Program-made: the position numbers and the translations under genes
The notes under the pieces: generated by a model
Databases searched by the model: none
Told to the model about the DNA's origin: nothing
The model's input: only the letters and a program-made list of their open reading frames with translations
NCBI GenBank assembly: GCA_963803435.1
Contig: CAWDML010000001.1
Coordinates: 832,001 to 896,000 of the forward strand
Length of the DNA: 64,000 nt
Source of the DNA: an uncultured delta proteobacterium
Lineage (GTDB): Bacteria; Myxococcota; Kuafuiibacteriia; Kuafuiibacteriales; Kuafuiibacteriaceae
Direction: 5' to 3'
Shown here: positions 28,770 to 39,100 of the stretch, piece by piece
Position numbering within the stretch: position 1 is the first letter of the stretch
How the letters are laid out: each line of letters begins with the position of its first letter

Positions 28770-28852
28770 GTCGCCCGCTGGTCACCCCGAAGGAGACGCC
28801 GGTCAAGTCACTTGCGGCGGGGCGCCCGGAACCCTATCTGGAGAGGGGCCAG

Positions 28853-31105
28853 GTGGATCAGCCGTCGATCATCATCCTCGCATCGACTGCGTTCGTGCTC
28901 CTGTCGATCGGGCTCTCCTGGGCGCTTCTCCACCAGCGCCGGATCCGCCGCGACGCCCTCACGCACGCGCGGGCCGTCGAAGAGGAGCGCCACATCCCGC
29001 AGTCGCTCCACCCGGTCATCGACGCCAACGTCTGCATCGGCAGCTTGAGCTGCATCAAGGCGTGCCCCGAGGGAGACATCCTCGGCATCGTCAAAGGGAC
29101 GGCCTCGCTGATCGAGGCCTCCAACTGCATCGGCCATGGACGATGCGCCCTCGAGTGTCCCGTAGGCGCGATCAAGCTCGTGTTCGGCAGCAGCGAGCGC
29201 GGCGTGGATCTCCCCGAGGTCGACGAGAACTTTCAGTCGAGCCGCTCGGGCGTGTTCATCGTCGGCGAGCTCTCGGGCATGGGCCTGATCAAGAACGCGA
29301 TCGCGCAGGGTCTCGAAGCCGGCGCCTACCTCGGTGAGACGCTCACCGGCGAGCCGACTCCTCCCGGCGCGGTCGACGTGGTGATCGTGGGGGCCGGCCC
29401 CGCAGGCCTCGCGGCCGCGATCTCGCTCCGTCAGGCGGGGAGGACGTTCCGCCTCCTCGAGCAGCAGAAGCTGGGCGGTTCGGTGGTCCAGTATCCAAGG
29501 CAGAAGATCGTGATGACGGAGCGCGCGCGCATCCCCGGGTTTGGTGCGTTCGGCAAGAACCGGATGTCGAAGGAGGAGCTGCTCGCCGGGATGCGTCGCC
29601 TCGTCTCTCACTTCCACCTCGAGGTCGAGGAAGGCCGGCACGTCACCAAGATCGAGGGGTCGAACGACGACTTCATCGTTCGCACCGACGCGGGCGAGGT
29701 ACGGGGACGGAGAGTGGTGCTCGCGATCGGACGTCGCGGCACGCCGCGGAGGCTGGGCGTACCTGGCGAGGAGCGCGAGAAGGTCACCTACGGGCTCACC
29801 GATCCCGAGCAGTATGCGGGGCGCCGGATGTTGATCGTCGGCGGAGGCGACTCCGCGATCGAGGCCGCGCTGATGCTCGCGCGGGAGACCGACGCCCAGG
29901 TCACCGTTTCGTATCGCGGCCCCGCCTTCGGCCGCTGCCGGGCCGCGAATCGCGAGGCGATCGCGGAGGCGATCGAGCGCGGTCGGATCGAGGCGCTGAT
30001 GCCCTCGCAGGTCACCGCGATCGAAGCGCAGTCGGTGCGCCTCTCCACGACCTCAGGAGAGGTTGCGATCGCCAACGACTACGTGGTGATCTGCGCCGGC
30101 GGCGAGCTTCCGCTCGAGATGCTCCAGGCCTCGGAGATCAGCCTCAAACGACACGTCGGCGAGCAGGCCATCGCGGCTCCGGTGGCGCGCCCCTGGCGGC
30201 AGCGAGGCCTCGGATATCGATCGACGCCCGAGCTCGAGGCCGCCCGCACCCATCGCTTCAGCTGGCTCCTGTTCGCCCTCGGAGTCTCGATCGTCGCCGC
30301 GCTCGCCTCGCTGGGCTGGGACTATTACCCGCTGTCGCACGCAGCCCGTCTGAAGTCCGCGCTCCATCCCTCCCTCAAGCCGTCGGGCCCGATCGGTCAC
30401 AGCATCGGCGTGGTGGCGACGCTGGTGATGATGTCGAACTTCCTCTACGCGCTGCGGAAGCGGTGGAAGCGACTCAAGGGCGCAGCCCCGATCGCCCGCT
30501 GGCTCAGCTTTCACGTGTTCGTCGGCCTGGTGAGCCCCGCAGTGATCGCCTTCCACGCCGCCTTTCAGTGGAACAACGCGGTCGCCACCTCGACCTTCCT
30601 CTCGCTGCTCGTGGTCGTGCTCACCGGTCTGGCCGGACGCTTCGCCTACGGTCTCATCCCCTCGCAGCAAGGGAAGGCGATCGCGCTGGGCGAGCTGACC
30701 GCGCAGATGGAGCGACTCCGCGGCGAGGCCTTCCACGAGTCGGTCCGATCCTCGAACCCCACCCGGTTGCGCCAGCTGATCAAAGAACTCACGTCCATCG
30801 AGACGCAAGACCGCCCGTTCCTCCAGCTGTTCCTTCGCTATCCCCAGACGGCGCTGTCCACGCGCTGGACCCTGCGCCGCCTCCGCCCCCTCTTTGGCGC
30901 GCGCGTGGACTACGCCGCCTTCCGGCACACGGCGATCGCGATCGGCCGCATGCACACCGAGATCGAGTTCTACAGCGCTCTGCGGCGCTTCCTCGGCTGG
31001 TGGCGCCCGGTCCACGTGATGCTCGCGATCCTCCTCGTGCTCGTCATGAGCCTGCACATCGGCGTCTCGCTCTACGTCGGTTACGGATGGTCGTTGTTCC
31101 GGTGA
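28853..31105 (+). CDS. Membrane-anchored ferredoxin + FAD/NAD(P) oxidoreductase (TrxB/YpdA-like) fused to a His-containing TM domain
   Basis: N-terminal TM; CIGSLSCIKACP and CIGHGRCALECP; VGAGPAG, GRRGTPR, VGGGDSA; C-terminal TMs with WLSFHV, AFHAA, PVHV, SLHIG. Confidence 0.88.
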   Translation: MDQPSIIILASTAFVLLSIGLSWALLHQRRIRRDALTHARAVEEERHIPQSLHPVIDANVCIGSLSCIKACPEGDILGIVKGTASLIEASNCIGHGRCALECPVGAIKLVFGSSERGVDLPEVDENFQSSRSGVFIVGELSGMGLIKNAIAQGLEAGAYLGETLTGEPTPPGAVDVVIVGAGPAGLAAAISLRQAGRTFRLLEQQKLGGSVVQYPRQKIVMTERARIPGFGAFGKNRMSKEELLAGMRRLVSHFHLEVEEGRHVTKIEGSNDDFIVRTDAGEVRGRRVVLAIGRRGTPRRLGVPGEEREKVTYGLTDPEQYAGRRMLIVGGGDSAIEAALMLARETDAQVTVSYRGPAFGRCRAANREAIAEAIERGRIEALMPSQVTAIEAQSVRLSTTSGEVAIANDYVVICAGGELPLEMLQASEISLKRHVGEQAIAAPVARPWRQRGLGYRSTPELEAARTHRFSWLLFALGVSIVAALASLGWDYYPLSHAARLKSALHPSLKPSGPIGHSIGVVATLVMMSNFLYALRKRWKRLKGAAPIARWLSFHVFVGLVSPAVIAFHAAFQWNNAVATSTFLSLLVVVLTGLAGRFAYGLIPSQQGKAIALGELTAQMERLRGEAFHESVRSSNPTRLRQLIKELTSIETQDRPFLQLFLRYPQTALSTRWTLRRLRPLFGARVDYAAFRHTAIAIGRMHTEIEFYSALRRFLGWWRPVHVMLAILLVLVMSLHIGVSLYVGYGWSLFR

Positions 31106-33555
31106 GGCGCGCGGCGGCAGCCCTGCTGATCGCAGGCACGACGGCGCTGCCGGGGGCGGCGTCCGCCCAGTTGTTCTCGCCGGGGAAGCTGGCGCGCGCG
31201 CACGCGTCGCTCGAGGGCCTCAGCCGCTGCACCGAGTGTCATCAGACGGGCAAGGAGCTCTCACCGGAGCGATGTCTCGACTGCCACGACGAGCTGGCCG
31301 GCTCCGTGCGAGCGCACCGCGGCTATCACGGCCGGATCCCGGACGCGAAGCGCAACTGCGAGCGCTGCCATCACGAGCATCAGGGGCTCGAGGCGGCGCT
31401 GATCGACTGGACGCCGAAGCGGTTCGATCACCGCCAGGCGGGCTACCCGCTCGACGGCAAGCACGCGAAGGTCGAGTGCGAGGCGTGCCACGATCCGCGC
31501 CTGATCAGCGACCCGGTCGTCGCGGCGCGCCTCGCGAAGCCGACCAAGACCGAGACGTATCTCGGGCTCTCCACCCGCTGCGCGGCCTGCCACTTCGACG
31601 AGCACCGCGGTCAGGAGGGGGACGACTGCAAGCGCTGTCACGACACCGCCGGGTGGAAGCCGGCCAACGGGTTCGACCACGCGAAGACGAAGTTCGCGCT
31701 CCGCGGCGCCCATGCCGCCGTCGAGTGCGCGAAGTGTCACCGGACCGAGGACGACACCAGCACGCTCACCACCACCTTCCCGGCGCCGGTGGCCAGGACC
31801 TTCGCCCGCTACGCGCCCGTAGCGCACGAGGCCTGCACGGACTGCCACCAAGATCCGCATCGCGGCCGCCTCGGTGTCGACTGTACCTCGTGTCATGACG
31901 AGGAGGACTGGAAGAAGGTGGACCGCGAGGCGATATCGGCCCCGACGTTCCACGATCGCACCCGTTATCCGCTGACCGGTGAGCACCGCAAGGTAGCTTG
32001 CAAGGCATGCCACCTGCCGCTCGGATCCTCGAAGGAGGTCTACCGCGGCCTCGCGTTCGATCGCTGCGACGCCTGCCACCTCGACGCCCACGGCGGGCAG
32101 GTGGGCACCGAGTGTGAGAAGTGCCACGACGTCCGCGGCTTTACGCCCCCGCTGTTCGACGCGCGCGCCCACCAAGACACCCGCTACCGGCTCGAGGGTG
32201 CTCACCTGGCCGTCGCGTGCCTGCGCTGCCACGCCCGGAGGGAGGTGGCACCGGCGCCGCCCGCGCTGGTCAGGGGGCTCGAACAGCGCGGCCGGAAGCC
32301 GCTGGCCAGCGGCGCCGCGCTGGCGCTCCCCGGGCCGACGACCTGCGCGTCCTGTCACGAGGATCCCCACCGAGGACAGCTCTCCGATCGGCCCTGCGAG
32401 GCGTGCCATCAGGTGGACGCGTTCGAGGACCTCAGGTTCGATCACGGCAGGGACTCGAAGTTCGCGCTGACCGGCCGGCACGCGAGCACCGCCTGCGCCG
32501 GCTGTCATCGGCGCGGTGAGGACGGCGCGGTCCGCTACCGCCCGCTCGAGACGGCCTGCGCCGGTTGCCACCAGGACGTGCACGCGGGTCAGCTCGGCGC
32601 CGACTGCCAGCGCTGCCACGGGACGGAGCGCTTCGCGACCACCACCTTCGACGCGACCGCCCACGCGAAGGCCCGCTTCCCCCTGGAGGGCAGACATGCG
32701 CCCGTCGCCTGCGCGCGCTGCCACCAGATGATCGAGGTCGGCGGCCACAAGCTGCGCCGCTATCGCCCGCTCCCGCTCGACTGCGTCGGCTGCCACGCCG
32801 ACTTCCACCAGGGCGCGTTCGACCGCTTCGATCGCGCCTGCGATCGTTGCCACACGGTGGCCGGCTGGACACCGGCCGCGTTCGATCACGCCTGGACCGG
32901 CTTCGCGCTCCGCGGCGCCCACCAGAACGCCCGCTGTCGCGCCTGCCACCAGGCCTCGCTCGCCCAGCCCGTGCAAAGGGAGTGCTCCGGATGCCACCGC
33001 GACGTCCACGCCGGCGACCTCGGCCTCCGCTGCGCCGGCTGCCACGACGAGAAGAGCTGGAAGAGCCGCTTCGACGCCGAGGCCCACCGGAGGACCGCGT
33101 TCCCGCTGAGCGGCGCGCACCGCATGATCCCGTGCGAGGAGTGCCACCTCGACTCGCCCGCCCGCGGCTTCGTCCGCACCGCCGTCGGATGCATTCGCTG
33201 CCACGAGCAGGACTATCGAAGCGCGGGCGCGACCTCGATCGATCACGTCGTCGCCGGCTTCGACACCACCTGCCAGCGTTGCCACACGCCCTGGCGGTTC
33301 TCGCGGGCCGCCTTCCCTGGACACTATGTCTGCTTCGCGATCTCGTCCGGTCCGCACCTCGGGATAGGATGCAAGACGTGTCACCAGAGCGTGATGGGTC
33401 TGGTGGCGAACCAGACCTGCAACACGAACAACGCCGCCTGCACCAGCTGTCACGAGCACACGTGCGACCGGAGCGATCGCCAGCACGGCGGCGTCTCCGG
33501 ATACCAGTGCAAGGATCGCAAATGCTACGAGTGTCACCGGTTCACGGCTCAATAG
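31102..33555 (+). CDS. Periplasmic multiheme cytochrome c, 30 CxxCH motifs
   Basis: Signal peptide ending ASA-Q; 30 CxxCH counted by hand in repeating three-heme units (FDH...(F/Y)xLxGxH); GTGA overlap with the upstream gene. Confidence 0.95.
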   Translation: MRRAAAALLIAGTTALPGAASAQLFSPGKLARAHASLEGLSRCTECHQTGKELSPERCLDCHDELAGSVRAHRGYHGRIPDAKRNCERCHHEHQGLEAALIDWTPKRFDHRQAGYPLDGKHAKVECEACHDPRLISDPVVAARLAKPTKTETYLGLSTRCAACHFDEHRGQEGDDCKRCHDTAGWKPANGFDHAKTKFALRGAHAAVECAKCHRTEDDTSTLTTTFPAPVARTFARYAPVAHEACTDCHQDPHRGRLGVDCTSCHDEEDWKKVDREAISAPTFHDRTRYPLTGEHRKVACKACHLPLGSSKEVYRGLAFDRCDACHLDAHGGQVGTECEKCHDVRGFTPPLFDARAHQDTRYRLEGAHLAVACLRCHARREVAPAPPALVRGLEQRGRKPLASGAALALPGPTTCASCHEDPHRGQLSDRPCEACHQVDAFEDLRFDHGRDSKFALTGRHASTACAGCHRRGEDGAVRYRPLETACAGCHQDVHAGQLGADCQRCHGTERFATTTFDATAHAKARFPLEGRHAPVACARCHQMIEVGGHKLRRYRPLPLDCVGCHADFHQGAFDRFDRACDRCHTVAGWTPAAFDHAWTGFALRGAHQNARCRACHQASLAQPVQRECSGCHRDVHAGDLGLRCAGCHDEKSWKSRFDAEAHRRTAFPLSGAHRMIPCEECHLDSPARGFVRTAVGCIRCHEQDYRSAGATSIDHVVAGFDTTCQRCHTPWRFSRAAFPGHYVCFAISSGPHLGIGCKTCHQSVMGLVANQTCNTNNAACTSCHEHTCDRSDRQHGGVSGYQCKDRKCYECHRFTAQ

Positions 33556-34556
33556 GGACGGCGCTGCTGGCGCTGGGCCTGGCCGCGTGCAACGGCCCTG
33601 CCTTCTCGCGGAACACGGCGCTCGATCGCGACACCCACGACCCGAACTTTCCCATCAACGCCGGCAAGCACGCAGCGCTCGATTGCAACGACTGCCACGG
33701 CGAGTTCGACTCGTTCCGCGACTTCACCTGCATCGGCTGCCACGACGGCGCACACGATCAGGACAAGACCGATCCGCCGCATCTGGGTCTGACCGGCTAC
33801 CAGTACGCTCGCGTGAGCTGCTACGGCTGCCACCCGCGGGGGCAGATCCTCGAGGACGCCTTCCACGATCGCTTCTTCCCGGTGGGCACCACGTCGCCGC
33901 ACACCGGGCTCGAGTGCGGCCAGTGCCACCCGATCGAGGGAAAGCGAAAGCAGTACACCTGCACCGACTGCCACTCGCACTCTCCCGCGGAGACCGACGC
34001 GCTCCACGTGGCGGTCGCCGACTACCGCTACGCCGACGCCGAGTGCTACCACTGCCACCCGGACGGCAACGGGCTTCCGCGCGAATCGCACACCGACTTC
34101 TTCCCCATCGCCGAGGCGAGCGCTCACGCTCAGGTCGCGTGCGCGGAGTGCCACTCGACCCCGGGGGATCGGACCGTCGTCGATTGCATCGACTGTCACT
34201 CGCACGAGCGCGATCCCACCGGGAGCGCCCACGAGCTGGTGGGCGGCTACGAGTATCGATCCGACCTCTGCCTGCGCTGCCATTTCGACTCGATGGTCGA
34301 CCGCGTGTCGGATCACCGCCCGTTCCGGATCGAGGGCGGTCCGCACGGACCCGATCACGCGCCCTGCCTCCGCTGCCACCTCGACGCGCGCTCCGACCGC
34401 ACCTGGGCCGCCGACTGGGTGAGCTTCGACTGCCGGCCCTGTCACGACTGCGCCAGCATGGATCGCCGGCACCGCGGCCGCGCCGGATACGAGTGCGTCT
34501 CCACCACCTGCGTCCAGAGTGGCTGTCACCCGGCCGGCCGGAAAGGCGGCGACTGA
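33522..34556 (+). CDS. Multiheme cytochrome c lipoprotein, 11 CxxCH plus one CX4CH
   Basis: Lipobox LAAC; four three-heme repeats; last site CVQSGCH. Confidence 0.9.
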   Translation: MLRVSPVHGSIGTALLALGLAACNGPAFSRNTALDRDTHDPNFPINAGKHAALDCNDCHGEFDSFRDFTCIGCHDGAHDQDKTDPPHLGLTGYQYARVSCYGCHPRGQILEDAFHDRFFPVGTTSPHTGLECGQCHPIEGKRKQYTCTDCHSHSPAETDALHVAVADYRYADAECYHCHPDGNGLPRESHTDFFPIAEASAHAQVACAECHSTPGDRTVVDCIDCHSHERDPTGSAHELVGGYEYRSDLCLRCHFDSMVDRVSDHRPFRIEGGPHGPDHAPCLRCHLDARSDRTWAADWVSFDCRPCHDCASMDRRHRGRAGYECVSTTCVQSGCHPAGRKGGD

Positions 34557-34557
34557 C

Positions 34558-36158
34558 GTGCTCTTCCTTGCCGCGCTCCTCGCGATCCCAGGGGCCATCC
34601 CGCCTGCAAGCGAAGCGTCGCGGGTCACGTACGCGACCCGCGACCGCGCGTACTTCGACGCCGGCGAGGCCGACGGGCTCGCCTTCGGGATCGAGGTGGA
34701 GCTCCTCGAGGCCGGCCGGCCGATCGGCCGCTGCCGGGTCGATCAGGTGTCACGCCACCACGCTTCCTGTCCCGTCTTCGGCGCCCACGCCGGCGCCGAG
34801 GCGCGCTTCGAGCCGGCCGAGCGCGCGCCCTCCCTGCCGCCGGCGATCTCGTCTACGATCGGACCTTCGCGGCCGGAGCTCGGGCCCGGCGAAGCGGAGC
34901 GGGTGAAGCGCGATCTCGCCGCCGAGCCCTTCGTCCTGGTCGAGTCCCCCGCCACCGAGGTCGCGGGGCTGGTGCGCCGATTCGACGCCTCGCTGGACGC
35001 GGCGCACGAGACCTTCCTCATCGCCGGCGATCGCGACTTCGAGCGAGAGCGCGTCGACCTGGTGCTCCGCGATCTCTCCCTCGGCTTCCTGGGTGCGACC
35101 GCCTCGGTCGATTCTGACGGCCTTCGCCTGGAGCCACCGACCCGCCGCCGCACGGTTTCGCCCGGGCGGCGCCGTCCAGCTCTACGTCTACGAGACCGCG
35201 CTCTATGCCCGCGAGCCCGACGCGGCGCTCACGGCCGCGGTGGGACGGATCAACCCCTGGCACACGCCGGGCCTGGTCTACCTCGACGGCCTCCAGATCG
35301 GCTGGCGCCCGGCCGGCACGCGCCTCGAGATTGGCCTGGTCGGCGGCACCATCCCCGACCTCCTGACGCTCGAGCCCACGATTCGATCGCTGGCTCGCCG
35401 ACGCCTACTGGTCGATCGAGGCAGGCGATGCCCACTCCTTCGCGAACGAGGGACGCATCGGCATCGGCTACACGAAGGACCTCGCGGCGATCGGCGAGCT
35501 CGAGAGCCGCGTCTATCTCCTCCTCGCCCGCTGGCTTCGCGTCTCGCTGGGCGGCCACGCCGTGCTCGATCGTGACGGCCCGGCGCTGGCCGGCGCCCAG
35601 CTCTCGCTCACGTTCGAGCCCCTCGACGACCTCCGGTTCACCGCCGACGCCGAGACCCGAGACGAACGCTTCGATCTCTCCGCACCGGTGACCTCGGTCT
35701 TCGCCGCCGAGCACGGATCGCTGTCCGCCACCTACAGCGGCTTCTCGGCGATCACCCTCGGCCTCAGCGGCGGCTTCGGCCACCTCTCCGCCGACGATCA
35801 GCTCCGCGGCTTCGCCGGCCCCGAGATCGGGCTCCCCCGACTGTTCGGCGACACCGGCGATCTCTCGATCGGCTACCAGGAGGCCCTCGGCTTCGTCCCC
35901 GGCCGCACCGTCTGGGCGCAGGCCATCCTGCATCCGATCGCGGACCTGGAGGTGTTCGCACGGCTGAGCTACCTCGAGGATCGCGTGGAGGGCCGGAGCC
36001 TCGAGGAGCTCGGCGCGTTCGTGCACGCAGACTTCAGCGCGTGGACGCACTTCCGCGTCCGCGCGACGATCCTGGGGACTGTTCCGGTATGGGACATCGG
36101 GGAGCTGGGCTCCCCGATCGGGTTCTTCGGACAGCTCTCGCTGGTGGGCGAGCTCTAG
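34558..36158 (+). CDS. Outer-membrane beta-barrel (porin-like) protein; frameshifts at about 35112 and 35382
   Basis: Signal peptide and many amphipathic strands across three frames; removing one T from GATTC at 35110 and at 35380 gives a single ORF. Confidence 0.72.
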
Positions 36159-39100
36159 CTACGGCGCCAGGTCGATGCTCAGGAAGTACTGGGCCAGCGT
36201 TCCCGTGTTGCCGAAGCGGCGGACCTGCACGTAGTACGTGCCGGCCGGAAGCAAGAGGCGCGCGGGCGCCGTCTCGTTCCCGGTGATCCGCGAGCAGAAG
36301 CCGAAGTTGTCGTCGTCGTCGTACTCGACCAGCGTCGGCTCGGTCGCCGTGGTCTGCGCGACCAGGTCCGTGGGGACACCGTTGTAGAGCCACATCTGGG
36401 TGTCACCCGGGCAGCTGGTGAGCGGCTGGAGGAGGGTCCCGAAGGTGGCCAGCTGCGCGTTCATCGGCGTGGCCAGCGTGAACATGAAGAAGTCGAGGTC
36501 TCCGCTCGGCGTGATGGCAGCGTCCACCACCGTCTCACCGGTCCCGAGCGTCCCGAGATCCTGCGCCTCTGCGGGCAGGCTGTTCGGCTCGATCTCGACG
36601 ACCGGTGGCGGACCTTCCACCTGGCACAGCGCGGAGCAGCCGTCGCCGTCCACGGTGTTGCCGTCGTCGCAGCCCTCGCCCGTCTCCGGCACCCCGTTGC
36701 CGCAGACGTCCCGCGCCCGCAGCTCGACCTGGATCTCGTAGGCTGGAATCACGTCGTTGTTCGAGAAGTCCTCGACCCTGAGGAAGTAGACACCGGCCGG
36801 GACTCGCGCCGCCGTGTTCGTCACGCCGCTGATCAGCGAGCAGGGGTTCGTGGGGTAGTTGATGTCGTCGTTGCTCGTCACCTGGGTGAGCGCCGAGTCG
36901 TAGAGCCGCAGCACCGTGTCACCGCCTGCGCAGCCGCCGACGGCCGGGATGAACGTCTCGGCGATGATGATCGCCGGTGCGCTCAGATCCAGCTGGTAGT
37001 AGTCCTGGTTGCCGATCGGAGAGATCGCGTCCCCCGCGACCGTCGGTGCCAGCGGCGGACCCGCGAAGAACGCGACCGGCTCGAGCTGGCAGCTCCCGTT
37101 GCAGCCGTCGCCCGCGAGGACGTTCCCGTCGTCGCAGACCTCGCCGACCGCCGACTCGACCACACCGTTGCCGCAGACGTCGGCCACGATGCCGCCGACC
37201 ACGACCTGGATCGCGGGGATCTCGGCGTTCTGCCCGTCCTCCTCGACGACCAGCCAGTAGGTGCCTGTCGCCAAGCGCGCGAACCCGTCGGCCGGGGTGA
37301 TCCGCGAGCAGTTGTTGATGCCGTCGAAATCGTCGCTCCCGATCTGCGTGACGCCGTCGGCCTGATAGAGCCGCAGATAGGAGTCGGCGGTCGGACAGCC
37401 GCCGGCCACGTCGGGCGCGAACGTCTCGGCGTAGAGGTAGCTGGTGGCGGTCACGTCGATCTGCACGGCCATGCGCGCGTACGAGGGCACGATCGATCCC
37501 GAGACCGTCGTGGTGTTGGCCGCCGGGATCGTCACCACCTGCGCTGGCTCGAACGTGCAGGTGTCCGAGCAGCCGTCGCCCGCCAGCAGGTTGCCGTCGT
37601 CGCAGGACTCGCCGGGCTCGATGTACGTGTTGCCGCAGCCGGGTGCCACGATCGTCACGTGGAGGTAGTAGTTGAGCATCTGCAGCGCCGGGGTCGAGTC
37701 CTCCGAGACGCGCAGATAGTAGGTGCCGGCGTTCTTGTTGAACGTATCGACGTCGTTGCGCGGATAGACGCGGCCGCAATTGCCGTCGGGGCCCGAGAAG
37801 TCGTCGCTCGCCAGCAGCGTGGTGCCGTCGGTGTCGTAGAACCGCACGCGCCCCTCCGGCGAGACCGGGCAGGAGGTGAGGCTGCCGACCGTCAGATACG
37901 CGTCCACGTGGTAGCCCTGGGCGACCTCGATCGCGAAGTAGTCGCTGTCGCCCGCCGGATCGATGTCGCCGCGGAGCGTGAACGATCCGGACGTCGCGCC
38001 GGGGTTGATCACCACCACGCCGCCGCCGTCGAAGGCGTCGTTGCCGCCGGCCTCATCCTCCGCGATGCCTTCGAAGACGCACAGCGCCGAGCATCCGTCG
38101 CCGTCGACGGTGTTGCCATCGTCGCAGATCTCGCCGGCGTCGATGATGCCGTTGCCGCAGCCGACGCCGAAGGTCCGGATCTGGATCACGTAGGCCGGGA
38201 TGGTGGCGTTGTTTCCGTTCTCCTCGACCCGGACGTAGTAGGTGCCGGCCGGGACCAGGGCGAAGGCGTCGAACTGAGGATCGATGCGCGCGCAGAGGTC
38301 CACGCCGTCGTCGTTGTCCTCACCCAGCACGTTGAACGCGCTGTCGAGCAGCGCCACCCGCGTATCCGCGCCGATGCAGGTGGGCGCCGTCGGCGCGAAG
38401 GTATCGACCGCGATGTAGCCCGAGGCCTGCATCGTGACCTGGATGAAGTCGCGCCGGCCGACCGGCTGGATGCTCCCGTTGAACGGGAAGACCATCCCGG
38501 GCGCCGTCGGTCCCGTCACCATGCCGAGGAGCTCGGCGGCGCAGACCGAATCGCAGCCGTCGCCGGCCGTCACGTTGCCGTCGTCGCACTGCTCGGCGGC
38601 GCGGGTCTCGAGGATCCCGTTGCCGCAGACCGCGGGGAGGATGCGAACCTGGAGGACATAGGCGCCGACCTGACTCCCCGAGTAGGCGCGCACGCGCAGA
38701 TAGTAGGTGCCCGCGCCGAGGTTGGTGGCGGCGGGGAGGAGCTGCGGATTGATCCGCGAGCAGAGCGTGCCGCCGGCGTCGTCGTTGAACGCGACCTGCG
38801 TGGTGCCGTCAGGCGCCAGGAGCGCGAGGGTCGTGTCGAACGGGCATCCGCCCATACCATCGTTGGTCTCGGCGAAGACGCTGCCGCCCTCGGGGACCGT
38901 GATCGCGTAGAAGTCGGTGTCGCCGGCCGGATTGATCTCGCCCGTGATCGCGACGTCCGTCCCGGTCACCGGCGTGGCGGTGGTCGGGTCGTCGTTGGGC
39001 TCGACCTCCCCGATCGGCGCGTAGATCGTGATGGTCCGCTCGGCCTGCCCGGCCGCGCTGATCGCGGTCAGCCGGAGCTGGGTCGTCGCCGAGAGGATGA

